Below the pieces are notes generated by a model that was not told the origin of the DNA, made no database searches, and worked only from the letters and a program-made list of their open reading frames with translations. From the human T2T-CHM13v2.0 reference genome, Homo sapiens, in the NCBI RefSeq assembly GCF_009914755.1, contig NC_060925.1: a DNA stretch of 64,000 bases, one strand, 5' to 3'. The position numbers were made by a program, and so were the translations under genes. Below, piece by piece: positions 1-17,323 of this stretch. Within the stretch, counting starts at the first letter, position 1. The number at the start of each line of letters is the position of its first letter.

Positions 1-621
1 GTTTATAATCCTTTCTTTGTGACACTGTTTAATGCATCTTTAGTGTTTAAAATATTTCATCACCTGTAAAAGTCACTAATATATGAAGTCACTGTTTTAG
101 TTATCACACAGTGTCATTTCCTTTTTATTGTCAAGTTTGAGAGAAGGTAATGAAATAGGGAAGAGATAATGATAAAACATTAAATCATGGAACAAAAAAG
201 TTCTGGGAATTACAAATGTAGACTCTACGTTGTAGAGGAAAAGATACCAGCAGATGAATCTGATGATTTCAGATAGAATTTCCTGAAGTAGACATTAGAA
301 AGCTGGAGCAATTGTTAAAGTTTAAAGTTGGCAGAGTTCAAAGTAAGGGAAGTTCCTTTTTGAGTTGTTTTCATTTTCTTTAGGCAAGACCACCTAAGGT
401 GTTCAGTAAAGAAACAACGAGAAAGCTAGAAAGAAGCATATGAAGTTGTGATCAGAGAGTAGTGGTTTTCCAGTATTAGGTATCATTGAATAAAGGAAAA
501 ATTCCTGCCACTGAAATGGAAGAGATACTCTAAAAATCATTTGGAGTAGCATTGACTTCAGTTATCTGAGGCAGTATGAAGAAAAAAAGGTAGTCAATAA
601 TTGGAAAAGTAGATAACCTCT

Positions 622-1051
622 TGCATTAGTTTCCTTCGGTTGCTGTAAAAACCACAGACCTGGTGGCTTAAAATGACAGACATTTATTCTCTCACAGTTT
701 TGGAGGCCAGAAGTCTGAAATCAAGGTGTCTGCAGGGCTACCTTCCTTCTGGAATTCTGAGAGAGTATCTGTTTTTTGCCTCTTACAGCTTCTGGTGGTT
801 GCTGGCTTTCTTGGCTTGTGGCCACTCCAATCCGTGCCTCTTTACCTTGTCCTTTGTCTGTCCTCTGGGTATCTAAGGACATTTGTCATTGGATTTAAGG
901 TCTGCCTGGACAATCCAGGATGATGTCATCTCAAGATCTATAATTACATTACAAAGACTCTTTTTTCCAATAAGATCACATCACAGATTCTAGGGATTTG
1001 ATATAGATATCTTTTTTTGGTGGAGGGGAAGGAACACTTTTGTGCCTACCA
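622..1051 (-). mobile_element. MaLR solo LTR (MLT1B/C-like)
   Basis: Typical MLT1 motifs: ggcttaaaa...catttattctctcacagttttggaggccagaagtc and ggacaatccaggatgatgtcatctcaagatc. Confidence 0.85.
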
Positions 1052-1066
1052 TATTCTTAAAAAAAT

Positions 1067-1371
1067 TTTTGTTGTTGTTGTTGTTTTAGAGACAGGATCT
1101 TACTCTGTCATCTAGGCTGTAGTGCAGTGGCAAAATCATAGCCCACTGCAGCCTCAAACTCCGGAGCTCAGTAGACTGTCCCACCTCAGTCTCCCGAGTA
1201 GCTAGGACTACAGGCGCATGCCAGTGTGCCTGGATAATTAAAGAAATTTTTTTGTAGAGACAGGGTCTTGCTATGTTGCCTAGGCTGATCTTGAACTCCT
1301 GGGGTCAAGCGATCCTCTTGCCTGGCCTCCCAAAGTGCTGGGATTATAGGCATGAGCTGCCATTCTCAGCC
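1067..1371 (-). mobile_element. Alu (AluJ-type)
   Basis: Antisense dimeric Alu with (TTG)n tail and J-type gcagcctcaaactcc. Confidence 0.9.
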
Positions 1372-1885
1372 TACTATATCCATGCTTTTACATTTAAAAA
1401 AATATTATAATGTTCTTCAAATTGTGAACTAGAGCTTGAAGTCCAAATGAGGCATTTGCTTCACGTGTTTCTACCTGCTGTATTGTGAAAGGAGCAGTCA
1501 AATGGTGTCAAAGAAATATTCAGGTATGATCCCGGAAAGTGAAAAACTGGCCAATAGATATTAGTCAGACTTGAGTGTATAAAATATAGTAAAGGACCAT
1601 TTATCTGCCTCTAGTGATAGTTACCTGCAAAATATTCCAAGTTATACCTCAAATTTATCTTTATTTCTGATATCCTTCCTGGGGGAAACAAGGACCACAA
1701 ATCTCTTTTTAGTACACTGGATCAATGTATTCCCCTTCCCCAATTTTTTTTTTGATTGTGGAACTTTTTAAAGACATAAAAAAGTGGTGAGGATGTATAA
1801 AGAACCCCATTTTTCAACAATCGAGCTTTAACCATTATCAGTGAAGGGGCTAATCTTGTGTCACCCCGACTCCTGATTGTTGTGT

Positions 1886-1886
<1 letters not shown>

Positions 1887-1917
<31 letters not shown>
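1887..1917. repeat. (CA)n microsatellite
   Basis: Direct read. Confidence 0.95.
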
Positions 1918-1918
<1 letters not shown>

Positions 1919-2519
1919 ATGTTTTCTTTATCTGTTCATCTGTTGATTCCATATCTTGGCTATTGTGAATAGTGCTGCAATATGCATGTTGGTGCTGATA
2001 TCCCTTTGATATACTAATTTTCTTTTCTTTGGATTGGGGGATTAAGTGGTCATTCTATTTTTAGTTTTTTTCAGAAACCTCCAATCTGTCGTTCCCAGTG
2101 GCTGTAGTAATTTACATTCCCACCAACAGTGAATAAGAGTCCCCTTTTCTCTGCATCTTCAGCAGTATTGTTATTTTTGTCTTTTTGATAATAGTTATTC
2201 TAACTGGGGTAAGTTGATATCTCATTGTGGTTTTGATTTGCGTTTCCCTGATGATTAGTGATATTGAGCACTTTTTTCATATACCTATTGGCCATTTGTA
2301 TGTCTTCTTCTGAGAAATGTCCATTCAAATCCTTTGCCCACTTTGTAATGGGATTGCTTTTTCATTATTGAGTTGTTTGAGTTCCTTGGGTATTCTGGAT
2401 ACTATTTGCTTTTCAGATGAATAGTTTGCAGATATTTTCTCCCACTCTGCAGGTGCTGTCTTCACTCTGTTGATTGTTTCCTTTGCTGTGCAGAAGCCTT
2501 TTAGTTTAATGTAGTCCCA

Positions 2520-2521
<2 letters not shown>

Positions 2522-2563
<42 letters not shown>

Positions 2564-2580
2564 CGCGCGCACGCGCGCGC
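2522..2580. repeat. (TG)n-(CG)n alternating purine/pyrimidine tract
   Basis: (TG)n followed by atgcgcgcgcacgcgcgcgc; alternation unbroken. Confidence 0.95.
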
Positions 2581-3282
2581 TTTTGTTGCCTGCGCTTTTG
2601 AAGTCTTAGTCATGAAATGTTTTCTCAGACCAATGTTCTGAAACATATCCCTTTGTTTTCTTCTGGTAGTTTTATAGTTTCAGGTCTTACATTTAAGTCT
2701 TCTGTCCATTTTGAGTTGATTTTTGTGTGTGGTGAGAGAGGGGGATCTAGTTTCATTTTTCTGCATATGGATATCCAGTTTTCCCAGCACCATTTTTTGA
2801 AGAGGTTGTTCTTTCTCCAGTGTATGTTCTGGAGCCTTTGTTGATAGTCAGTTTTCTGTAAATATGTGGGTTTATTTTTGGATTCTTTATTCTGTTCCAA
2901 TGGCCTGTGTGTATGTAGTTAGTCCAGTATCTTGCTATTTTGGTTACTATAGCTTTGTAGTATACTTTGAAGTCAGGTAGTGTGATGCCTTCAGCTCTGT
3001 TCTTTTTGCTTGGGATTGCTTTGGTTATTCGGAGTCTTTTGTGGTTCCATGCAAATTTTGGGATTTTTTTTTCTATTTCTGTGAAGAATATCATTGCATT
3101 TTGATAGGGATTGTATTGAATCTGTAGATTGCTTTGGGTAGTGTGGTCATTTTAATGCTATTAATTCTTCTGACCCATGAGCATGGGATATCTTTCTGTT
3201 TGTGTTGTCTTCAGTTTCTTTCATTGGTGTTTTGTAGTTCTCATCGTAGAGGCCTTTTGCCTCCTTCGTTAAATTTATTCCT

Positions 3283-3284
<2 letters not shown>

Positions 3285-3347
<63 letters not shown>
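3285..3347. repeat. Compound (TG)n(TA)n microsatellite
   Basis: Direct read. Confidence 0.95.
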
Positions 3348-3348
<1 letters not shown>

Positions 3349-3627
3349 TATGGTAGCTATTGTAAATGAGATTGCTTTCTTTTCAGTTCATTATTGGTGT
3401 ATAGAAACCCTACTGATTTTTTGTATGCTTATTTTGTATCCTACAACTTTACGGAATTTATCACTTCTAAGAGGTTTTTTTGGTGGAATTGTTAGGTTTT
3501 TCTATATCTAAGATCATGTCATCTATAAAGCAGGACAACTTGACTTTCTCATTTCCAATTTGGGTTCCTTTTTATTTCTTTCTCTTGCCTGATTGCTCTG
3601 GCTAGGAATTTCAGTACTATGTTGAAT

Positions 3628-3684
3628 AAGAATGGTGAAAGTGGGCAAGAATGGTGAAAGTGGGCAAGAATGGTGAAAGTGGGC
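3628..3684. repeat. 19-bp tandem triplication (AAGAATGGTGAAAGTGGGC x3) inside old L1
   Basis: Three exact copies, no spacers. Confidence 0.95.
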
Positions 3685-6548
3685 AGTTGTTACAAGGAAG
3701 GCTTTCACCTTTCCCCTTCAGTATGATGTTGGCTGTGGGTTTGTCATATATGGCCTTTATTATGTTGAGATATGCTCTTTCTATGCCTAGTTTGTTGAGA
3801 GTTTTTATCATGAAAGGACATTGAATTTTATCAGATGCTTTTTTGTGTGTGTCTATTGAGATGAGCATACGGTTTTTGTTTTCTGGTGATGTGATATTTC
3901 ACATTTATTGATTTGTGTATGTTGAGCCATCCTTGCATCCCTGGGATAAATCCCACTTGATCGTGGTGCATTATCTTTTTGATGTATTGATGGATTTTGT
4001 TTGTTAATATTTTGTTGAGGATTTTTGCTTCTGTGTTTGTCAGAGATATTGGCCTGTAGTTTTTTTGTTGTGTCTTTGTCTGATTTTGTTATTGGGGTAA
4101 TGCTGGCCTTGTAGAATGAGTTAGGAAGAGTTTTCTCCTCTCCAGTTTTTTGGAATAGCTTGAGGAGAATTATTGTTAGTTATTTACAGGTTTGGTAGGA
4201 TTCAGCAGTAAAGCCATCCAATCCTGGAATTTTCTTGGTTGGGAGACTTTTTATTACTGATTCAGTCTTACTACTCGTTATTGGTCTTTTCAGGTTTTCT
4301 GTTTCTTCCTGATTCAATCTTGGTAGGTTGTTCAGGAACTTAAACATTTTCTCCAAGTTTTAAAATTTGTTAGCATTAATTTGTTCATAATAGTGTCTAA
4401 TAAGTTTGTATTTCTGTGGGATCAGTTATAGTGTCTCCTTTTTTCTTTCTAATTTTATATGGGTCTTCTTTTTTTCATGGTTAGTCTGACTAGTAGTTTA
4501 TCCATTTTATTTTTTCAAAAACTTTATTTTGCTGATTGTTTGTATATTTTTTTAGTCTCTATTTTTGTTTATTTCTGCTCTGATCTTTATTATTGCTTTT
4601 CTTCTCCTGATTTGGGTTTGGCTTGTTCTTGCTTTTCTAGTTCATTGAGGTGTATCATTAAATAATTTGAAATCCCTCTACTTGTTTGATATAGGTATTT
4701 ATTGCTATAAACTTTCCTCAGCACTGTTTTAACAGTGTCCTGTAGGTTTGGGTATGTTGTGGTTCTATTTTCACTTGTTTTAAGACATTTAAAATTTTTC
4801 TTTTTAATTTCTGTATTGACCCAGTGGTCATTGAGGAGCATGTTGTTAATTTTCATGTATTTGTATAGATTCCGAAGTTCCTCTTGTTATTGATTTATAG
4901 TTTTATTCCATTGTGGTCTGAGAAGTTACTTGACATTATTTTGATTTTTTAAAAATTCTTGAGATTTGTTTTGTGGCCTAACATATGGTCTGTCCTAGAG
5001 AATGTTCCATATGCTGATGAGAAGAATGTTTATTCTGCACCTGTTGGGTGAAATGTTCTATAAGTGTCTGTTGGGTCCATCTAGTTTAAGTGCAGTTAAG
5101 ATGTTTATTTGTTTATTTTCTGTCGAGATGATTGATCCAATGGTGAGAGTAGGGTGTTGAAGTTCCCAACTATTAGTGTATTGGAATCTCTTTCTTTAGA
5201 TCTAGCATTTGCCTTAAATATCTGGGTGCTCTGGTGTTGGGTACATACATGTTTAGAATTGTTACATCTTCTTGCTGAATTGATTTTTTTATCATTATTT
5301 AATGACCTTCTTTGTCTCATTTTACAGTTTTTGACTTAAAGTTTGTTTTATCTGATAACAACTCCTGCTCACTTTTGGTTTCCATTTGCGGGAGATATTT
5401 TTTTCCTTCCCTTTCAGTCTATATGTGTCTTTACAGGTGAAATGGGTTTCTGGTAGGCAGCATATAGGTGGATCATGTTTAAAAAATCCATTCAGCTAGT
5501 ATGTATCTTTTAAGTGGGGAATTTAATCCATTTACACTCAAGGTTATTATTGATAGGTGAGGACTTGTTCCTGTAATTTTGTTCATTATTTTCTGTTAAT
5601 TTTATACATCCTTTGCTTTTTTCTTCTGTTCTTGTTTATCATGTGGTTTGGTGGTTTTCTGTAGTGACAACATTTGTCTCCATTTTCTTTCTCATTTTTG
5701 TGTATCTGCTGTACCAGTGAATTTTATACTTCAGTGTGTTTTCATGATGGTAGATATTATTCTTTAGCTTTCAGATGTAGAATTCCCTTAAGTATTTTAG
5801 GACTGGTTTAGTGGTGATGAATGAATGCCCTCAGTTTTTGCACATTTGGAAAAAAAAATATTTCTCCTTCATTTTTTAGGGATGGCTTTGTTGGGCATAG
5901 TATTCTTGGCTGGCAGGTTTTTTTCTTCCAGCACTTTGAATATATCATCTCATTATCTTCTGACCTGTAAGGTTTGTAGTGAGAAATCTGCTGTTAGTCT
6001 GATGGTAATTACTTGATACGTGACTTGACAATTTTCTCTTGATGTTTTCAGAATTCTCTCTTTGTCTTTGACTTTTGATAGTTTGACTATAATATGCTTG
6101 GCGGAGGACCTTTGTGGGTTGAATCTGTTTGGGAATTATTGAGCTTCTGGATCTGGATAACCAAATCTCTTGCAAGTCTTGGAGAGTTTTCAGTTATTTT
6201 GTTAAATAGGCTTTTTATATCTTTACCCATCATTTCACCTTCTGGGATTCCTAGAATTAGAATATTTGTCTGCTTTATAGTGTCCCATATGTCACATAGG
6301 CTTTCTTTAGTTTCTTTTATTCTTTCTTTTTTTTTTTTTTTTTATTATACTCTAAGTTTTAGGGTACATGTGCACATTGTGCAGGTTAGTTACATATGTA
6401 TACATGTGCCATGCTGGTGCGCTGCACCCACTAACGTGTCATCTAGCATTAGGTATATCTCCCAATGCTATCCCTCCCCCCTCCCCCGACCCCACCACAG
6501 TCCCCAGAGTGTGATATTCCCCTTCCTGTGTCCAAGTGATCTCATTGT

Positions 6549-9606
<3,058 letters not shown>

Positions 9607-10880
9607 TTATTTTTTTTTGTACTGACTGGGTTATTTAAAAAGACTTGTCTTCAAGTTCAGAAATTCTTTCTTCTGCTTGATCTAGTCTGTTGTTGAAGCT
9701 CTCGATTGTATCTTTTATTTCATTCATTGACTACTTCAGTTCTAGGATTTTTTTGATTTTTAAAAATGGTATCTTTTTGTTGACTTTCTCATTCCGATCA
9801 TGAATTATTTTCCTGATTTCTTTATATTGTTTATCTGTGTTCTCATTGAGTTTCTTTAATATTATTTTGAATTGTTTTTCAGGCATTTCATAAATTTCTC
9901 TTTTTTGGGATTTTTTTTCTTTTTACTGGAGAACTTGTGTTTCTTTGGAGATATCATATTTTCTTGCTTTTTCATGTTTCTTGCATCCTTATGCTGATAT
10001 CTGCACCTCTGATTTAACAGTCACTTCTTCCAATTTTATGGATTGACTTTCTTAGAGAAAGACTTTTTCCTGTAGGCATAACTGTAGTGTTGATTGGGTA
10101 GGTTGCTTTGGTTTTGATTCTGGGTAGGGCAGTAGTGTAGTTTCTGAATTATTTATGTAGCTTTAATTAGTGTCAGTGGTATCTATGAGTTTCTCATTGG
10201 CTTAGACTGTGTTTTTTAGTGAAGGCTGTTTGAGGCTTTGCTAGGGATGAAAACACTAGACCAGCTAGTCCTTGGGCACCAGTGGTGGTGGCAGTGGGCA
10301 AGGTGGGCAAGGTGGACATGTCCCCAAGCCACTGGATGGCATGTGTGGATGCCAGCAGTAGTGATCAGGGTGGGTTGATTCCCAGGTCACTAGTTGGCAC
10401 GCTCAGACTCAAGCAGTGGTGGTGATGGGTGGAGTGGGCTTGTCTTCAGTTCCTAGACATCATATATGTATGTCAGCAGTGGGCAGAGCAGACCTATCTG
10501 CAGGCCTCTGGATAACGCATGCGGGTGCCAGCATCAGTTGGGTGGGTATTTCCCAGTTCCTAGGCTCCCAGATGATGTGCGCAGGTGTTGGCCATGGTTA
10601 GCAGGGCAGACCTCTTCTCAGGCCCCTGATTATGCACATAATGCACCAATGGTAGGCAGGGCAGATCAGTCCTCAGTCATCCTGATGACAGGCGCAGCTA
10701 CTGGCAGCAGTGGTGAACAAGGGCAGGACTACCCTCATGCCCCCAGATTTTTTACATGGCCCCTAATTGTTTTATGTGTATTTTAAGATTTATTAGCTTG
10801 AATAGGGACCCAAATAAGATTCATCATACAATATATTGTGATTGATTAGTAGGTCTCTTAATTTTTCATTGGTTTGTAAT

Positions 10881-11066
10881 GACACCATTTGGTACAGAAG
10901 GCACTAGCCATATGTAGCTATTTACATTGATTAAAACTGAAATGAATTAATCTGGTCCTTAGTTGCCCTACCCATATATCGAGTACTCAGTAGCGATATG
11001 AGGTTAGGGGCTACCATACTGGACAGTACAGATTATTTCTCTTATTACAGAAAATTCTGTTTGTTA
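10881..11066 (-). mobile_element. MER3-like hAT-Charlie MITE
   Basis: cactagccatatgtagctattt ... ggctaccatactggacagtacag. Confidence 0.75.
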
Positions 11067-11069
11067 GAG

Positions 11070-11360
11070 CTAATTTATAGGTTTCTGCTGCATCTCTTTT
11101 TTTTCTTGAATTTTTGGTTTGTCTTTTTACAATTTTATTATTGTTGTTGTTATTTTTTGATGGAAGAAACTGGCTTATTCAGGTTTTTTGTTTTTGTCTC
11201 CCAGAGTCTGGATTTTGCTGATTGTACTCCTGTGGTGCATCTTAGCATAGTTTCTGTTCTCTTTATTTACAGTAAATTTGTAGTTAAATCTAGAAGCTTG
11301 TTTCTATTCTGACTATATATAATGTGTGTATGTATTTTTCTCAAGAACACTATAGGTGCT

Positions 11361-11399
<39 letters not shown>

Positions 11400-12070
11400 C
11401 AGATTATCTGTTTTGTTACTACTGGTGATCATTGCCTAACCCTAGATCTTTTAATTCATTAAGGTTTACAAAATGGTGATATCCTAATGCTCCTGTGTTT
11501 ATTAGCCAGAATTCTTCTATAAAGGGAAACTTCCCTTTGTCAATTATTTGGTTATTCTTACATACAGATTGTATAGGAAAGATAGCATAAATGCTTAATT
11601 ATTTCCCTTTGTTTACCTTTTTCAAAATAATGTTGATTCTGTAACATTTTTCCAAAGATGACCAGTGAAACATTTTAAGTGTCTTATTCAATTTGTATAT
11701 TTCAATATATTTGGTATATTTTGGTACAGTGCAGTTTTATCCCTATTAATGATTAAATTCTCATCTTTGGCCAGTGGGAGCCTATTCAGTTGGTTTTCTC
11801 ATTCCTTTTGATAGACTCTTAGTATCCTATTATAACTTCTTTTCTATTTGATATTACAAAAATTTCCAGACTTGACATATATATTTCCAGCCTGGGACCT
11901 CCAATCAGCCATTTTTCCAGGGACTGTTGGTTGTTTTTTTTTTTTTTTTTTTTTTTTTAAGTAATAATCATGGAATCTTACTTCCTTTTAGACACCACAT
12001 ACTGGACACTGCTTTGGAAGTATCATTGCTACTGGGTTATTCACTGTTTCAGGCTTTCTGTTTCATGGAA
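11070..12070 (-). mobile_element. Ancient L1MC/L1ME 3'-end fragment (related pieces at ~1790-1880 and 10750-10870)
   Basis: cccagagtctggattttgctgattgtac and aatcagccatttttccagg motifs of old L1M 3' ends. Confidence 0.6.
11363..11396. repeat. (TA)n microsatellite
   Basis: Direct read. Confidence 0.95.
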
Positions 12071-13685
12071 CAGAAATGCATGCATATATACACTCTTATA
12101 AATATAAATGTATATATATATTTTAGGATAAAATTCTTTATTCTTTAAAGCTTAAAGTCTTAGTACACTTTGGATTTGACAAAATGTGTCTACTGTAGCT
12201 GAAAAGATAAACTGCGATGATTTTAAGCATTAAGTAATACTCTTAGGCATGGCAACCACAAGCATAACTTTTTGGGATTAGGGTATTGGGGGTGGGGGAT
12301 CTACCTGTATTGATTAAAATTTCATTTTCTTATTGAAGGTTGAAAGGTGAAAGATTGTTTGTCACCTTCGAAACAGAGTGCCAATTCGTGTTTCCTGATG
12401 AGAAATTGACCAGCTATGTGTTTACTGTAAGAGGTGCAATCAGTGAAATTGGAAAAGGAAATTGAATTTATATTGGTGTATTATCCCATGCAGTTAATTT
12501 TGCAAATACCCTAATGCACATGAATTTTATTTGAGGTTGAGATGCCTATATTTACTCTGAAACAAAGTGTTGGAAATGTAGTGTGATTAAATACATTTCA
12601 AATTTTCTCTTGTTCCACAATTGCTGTGCAGTTCCAAAATATGTTCTTATTAGGTTCCTCACAAAGGAATCTTTTGGCCATTACAACAAGAAAATGAGAT
12701 AGTTAATTTTAAAGGATACATCAAAATAAGATAATTTACATTGTAAGATTTATTATTTTCACGTTCCTGTTTTTTCTGTATGGGATCCTCTAACATGTTA
12801 GCAAAACAATATGTCGTCTTTCTATAAGACTATAATTTCCACTTAAGGAAAACTATGATATGATTCACTCTTGACATGGCAAAAAAAAGTTAGGTTAATA
12901 AATTTACAGCAAAGAAGAATTTTTAACAATACAAAAGTAACACAATATATTAGGTAGATATCCTCAGAAGCAGTTTATTCGCAATGGCCATGAAAGAATC
13001 TTCCTAAAAGTAGTAGTAAGAGAATGACTAATGGAGAAAAAGGGATTTGAACTGGATCTTGAAGCATGGTTAACATTTAGATAGCCTTAGGAGAGGGCCT
13101 TCTAAGCACAGAGAAGCAACAAGACGAAACCAAAAGAATGCACATTTCTAAGACATTCAGGGAAGATTTAGTAGAACACTTAAAATGAAGCATGGAGGGT
13201 TATCACTGGAGAATAGTTAGCTGTATGGATAAAGCCAGCTTCCCAAGGAGCTTAAATAATTTAAAAAGTTGGACTTTATTTGGTAGACTAGTGTATTCTA
13301 AGATTTGGAGTTACTAGTTTAATGCAGACTGGATTTATAGACCTTCGTGGGTTCCTTGTTCTGATTCAGAAGTATCCATAAAAATATAGGCTTTGTGCTG
13401 TCTTGAACTGATTAAGTCTAAGGAATGCAGGCTTCAGGTATGGTCCCATTGAGTTTCCGGCTCTACTTTTTAAAATGATTCTTACAGCTGTGTCATTATC
13501 CATGTTGGAGTTCTCCAGGTATCTGTCAGCAACAATTAGAGCCATATGCTCCCTTCTTCAGGAATACTGGAAAAAATAGATGCATGATTTTCAATTAGCT
13601 GTATGACCCAGAATATGCATAGAAATACTGTCTTTTTCATGTGAAAATTCACATAACACAAAATAACCATTTTGATTGCATTTAG

Positions 13686-14036
<351 letters not shown>

Positions 14037-14304
14037 CTACAGAAGCATTCTTAAATGGAATTTATTTAAGCTGAAAACAGTATTTTCTATAAAGTAATAT
14101 TTTGGCATATGTTTTTCTAGCTAATTTTTCAGTCAATATCAGTTGTAGAAATATGTATTTTAAAAAAGAAATATTTACTTGTATTAAGAGTTAAGATTTC
14201 TAATTTTGGAGAATCAACAAAAATAACGGTCAGAATAGAATTTTTATCTTGACAGTAGTTGGAAGAATAGTTACATGGTGAGAAAACCAGGATAGATTTT
14301 TAAA

Positions 14305-14550
14305 TCATTTTTTAAAAAACTTTTAAGTTCAGACTTACATGTATAGGTTTGTTACATAGGTAAGTTTAAATCATGGGGATTTGTTGTATAGATTATTTCA
14401 TCAACCAGGTATTAAGCCTAGTACCCATTAGTTATTTTTCCTGATCCTCTCCCTCCTACCCTCCACCCTCCGATAGGCTAGTGTGTGTTGCTCCCCTCTA
14501 TGTATCTATGTATTTTCATCATTTAGCTTCCACTTATAAGTGAGAACACA
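14305..14550 (-). mobile_element. Short older L1PA 3' end
   Basis: gtttgttacataggtaa...gtattaagcctagtaccc...ccacttataagtgagaac. Confidence 0.85.
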
Positions 14551-15477
14551 AATAGAATGAAGTGCAGTGGTTTAATTTTAATAGTGGAATTGTTTTTCAA
14601 GTTATACCTGTCCCTGCTGTCCTTTGGACTTGAGAGATTCTACCTTTTTAAAGTACCTACATAACACTATCTGAATAGGGCTGTGGAATATAGGCAGACC
14701 CAATTCTCCCCTGTTCCTGTTTATAGATTTTGTGTTGTGAACCTAGAAGGATTGTGCTTCCTGATTTTAGTTTTCTTTTTCTTGTCTTTACTGCAACTCT
14801 CCAGAAAACCTACAGAATGTTTATTGGAAACACCTTGGTAGAAGAGAAGTGTTGTTTGTTGTAAACATAAATCCTAATCTTTTGTGCAAAATATTTTAGA
14901 AATATTTTAACTTTTATTTCTTAGTAAGAGACCTTTCAGGGTCCTGATTATGGTTGTGGAGATCTTTATTATCCATTACTAATTTTTCTCATTGTTTCTT
15001 TTTGTCTTTTTGGAGGTAGTGATATTGGTGCTGAAGTAGTGATGTGAGGATGATGGCAGTAGTATTTCTAATTAGCATTTCTTGTTGAGGTCTTTTAGAA
15101 CGCCTAGTTGGAAATTTAAATAAAACAATTAGGTCAAATGAATTTAGAAAAGCTGAATAGACTATTTAGGCACAATATTCGGCCAATATGAAAAAACTGG
15201 AAAAAATAGATACATGATTTTTAATTAGCTGCGTGATACTGTTTTTAGATTAATAAGTAAAAGGAAGTTTAATTGAACATCTATTACAAATAGGAGTTTT
15301 CAGAATTTTCAGGTGGATGTAATCAGTAGCCAGTGGTTTTTGCCTACTGTTTTTGTGGATAGTAGCATCTGACTCTCATGTCATCTGTGATTTACAAGAC
15401 TGCATCTAAAGAAGTATGTTCAATTTCCTGTTTTTGTTTTGTTTAATAAACACTTTGTAATTCCTTACTATGTGTGT

Positions 15478-15617
15478 TTGAGGTGATGAAAATTTTGGAG
15501 ATAATAGTGATGATGGTTGCACAACATTATGAACGTACTTAATGCCATTGAATTGTACTCTTAATATTGGTTAAAATGGTAGAATTAATGTTATATATAT
15601 TTTACCACAATAAATAA
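15478..15617 (+). mobile_element. L1M 3'-terminal fragment
   Basis: ggtgatgaaaattttggag...tggttgcacaac...taccacaataaa. Confidence 0.7.
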
Positions 15618-16011
15618 AAGGCAGGACAAATTTTATCAGTAAATTTACGTTTCTGGAAGATTTAGTTCTAAAATTTTTTAGTGGAGATTTTATTGCAAGG
15701 TGATTTTTTTTTTTAACCTATATTCCTGGCATAACTGACTCCTATTTTTAGCCCTAAATATTCAAAAGAACAGGAAAACGTGACTCTGCATATGACTTTC
15801 CTTAAATATTTTTTGAATGTTTTATTTGAAATATCATGCAACTAAAAATTTCAAACTCTTTCATAAAGGTAATGTTTAATTTTTTATGTTGTAAAGTTAA
15901 ATATTGTTTTTTAACAAAAATTTTCCCCAAAATGAAATGTCGAATTTGCATTTTTAAAAGATAATTTTTAAATCTTTATCTTCAGATAGCTGTAGTCTTA
16001 TAAGCATGTAA

Positions 16012-16335
<324 letters not shown>

Positions 16336-17005
16336 ATAAGCATGTAAAGTTTTAAAGAAAAGCAGCTTTTATCTCTCCTGGTTAGTGTGTTTTTTAAACA
16401 GCTTTTTTGAAGTATAATTGACATTTAATAAACTGTATATATTTAAAGTGTGCAATTTGATAAGTTATGACATTTGTATACACTGGCGAAACCATAACCA
16501 CACTCAAGATAGTGAACATATCCATCACCCCCAAGAGTTTCCTCATACCTTTTTGTAATCTCTGCTTCCCACCGCATCTCACTCTATCCCTTCTCAGTCA
16601 AACACTGATTGGCTTTCTTTCACTGTTGATCAGTTTACATTTTCTAAAGTTTTATATGTATTTAGACAGTATGTACTCTTGTTTGTCTGGCTTCTTTCAG
16701 TCAACCTAATTATTTTGAGATTCCAAAGTAGCAGTGCAATTTTACGTTCACTTAGAATGTGTCAATGTTTCATTTTTTTTCCATGTCTTCACCAATACTT
16801 GGTATTGTCAATCTATTTAATTTTAGTCATTACAATAGGAATGTGGTGTTACCTCGTTGTGTTTTTAATTTACATTTTCCAAATGACTAACGATATTGAG
16901 ACTTTTCCTATTTATTTGCCGTTGGTATATCTTCTTTAGGAAAATGTTCAAATCTTTTGCCTATTTGAAAAATTGGGTTGTTTTTCTCCTATTCTTGAGT
17001 TTTGA

Positions 17006-17311
<306 letters not shown>

Positions 17312-17323
17312 TGTTTAATTTAG

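Noticed and set aside
3628-3684. CRISPR-like or other spacer arrays (also 27601-27645 and 52140-52191)
   Set aside because: Simple head-to-tail duplications with no unique spacers, in human DNA.
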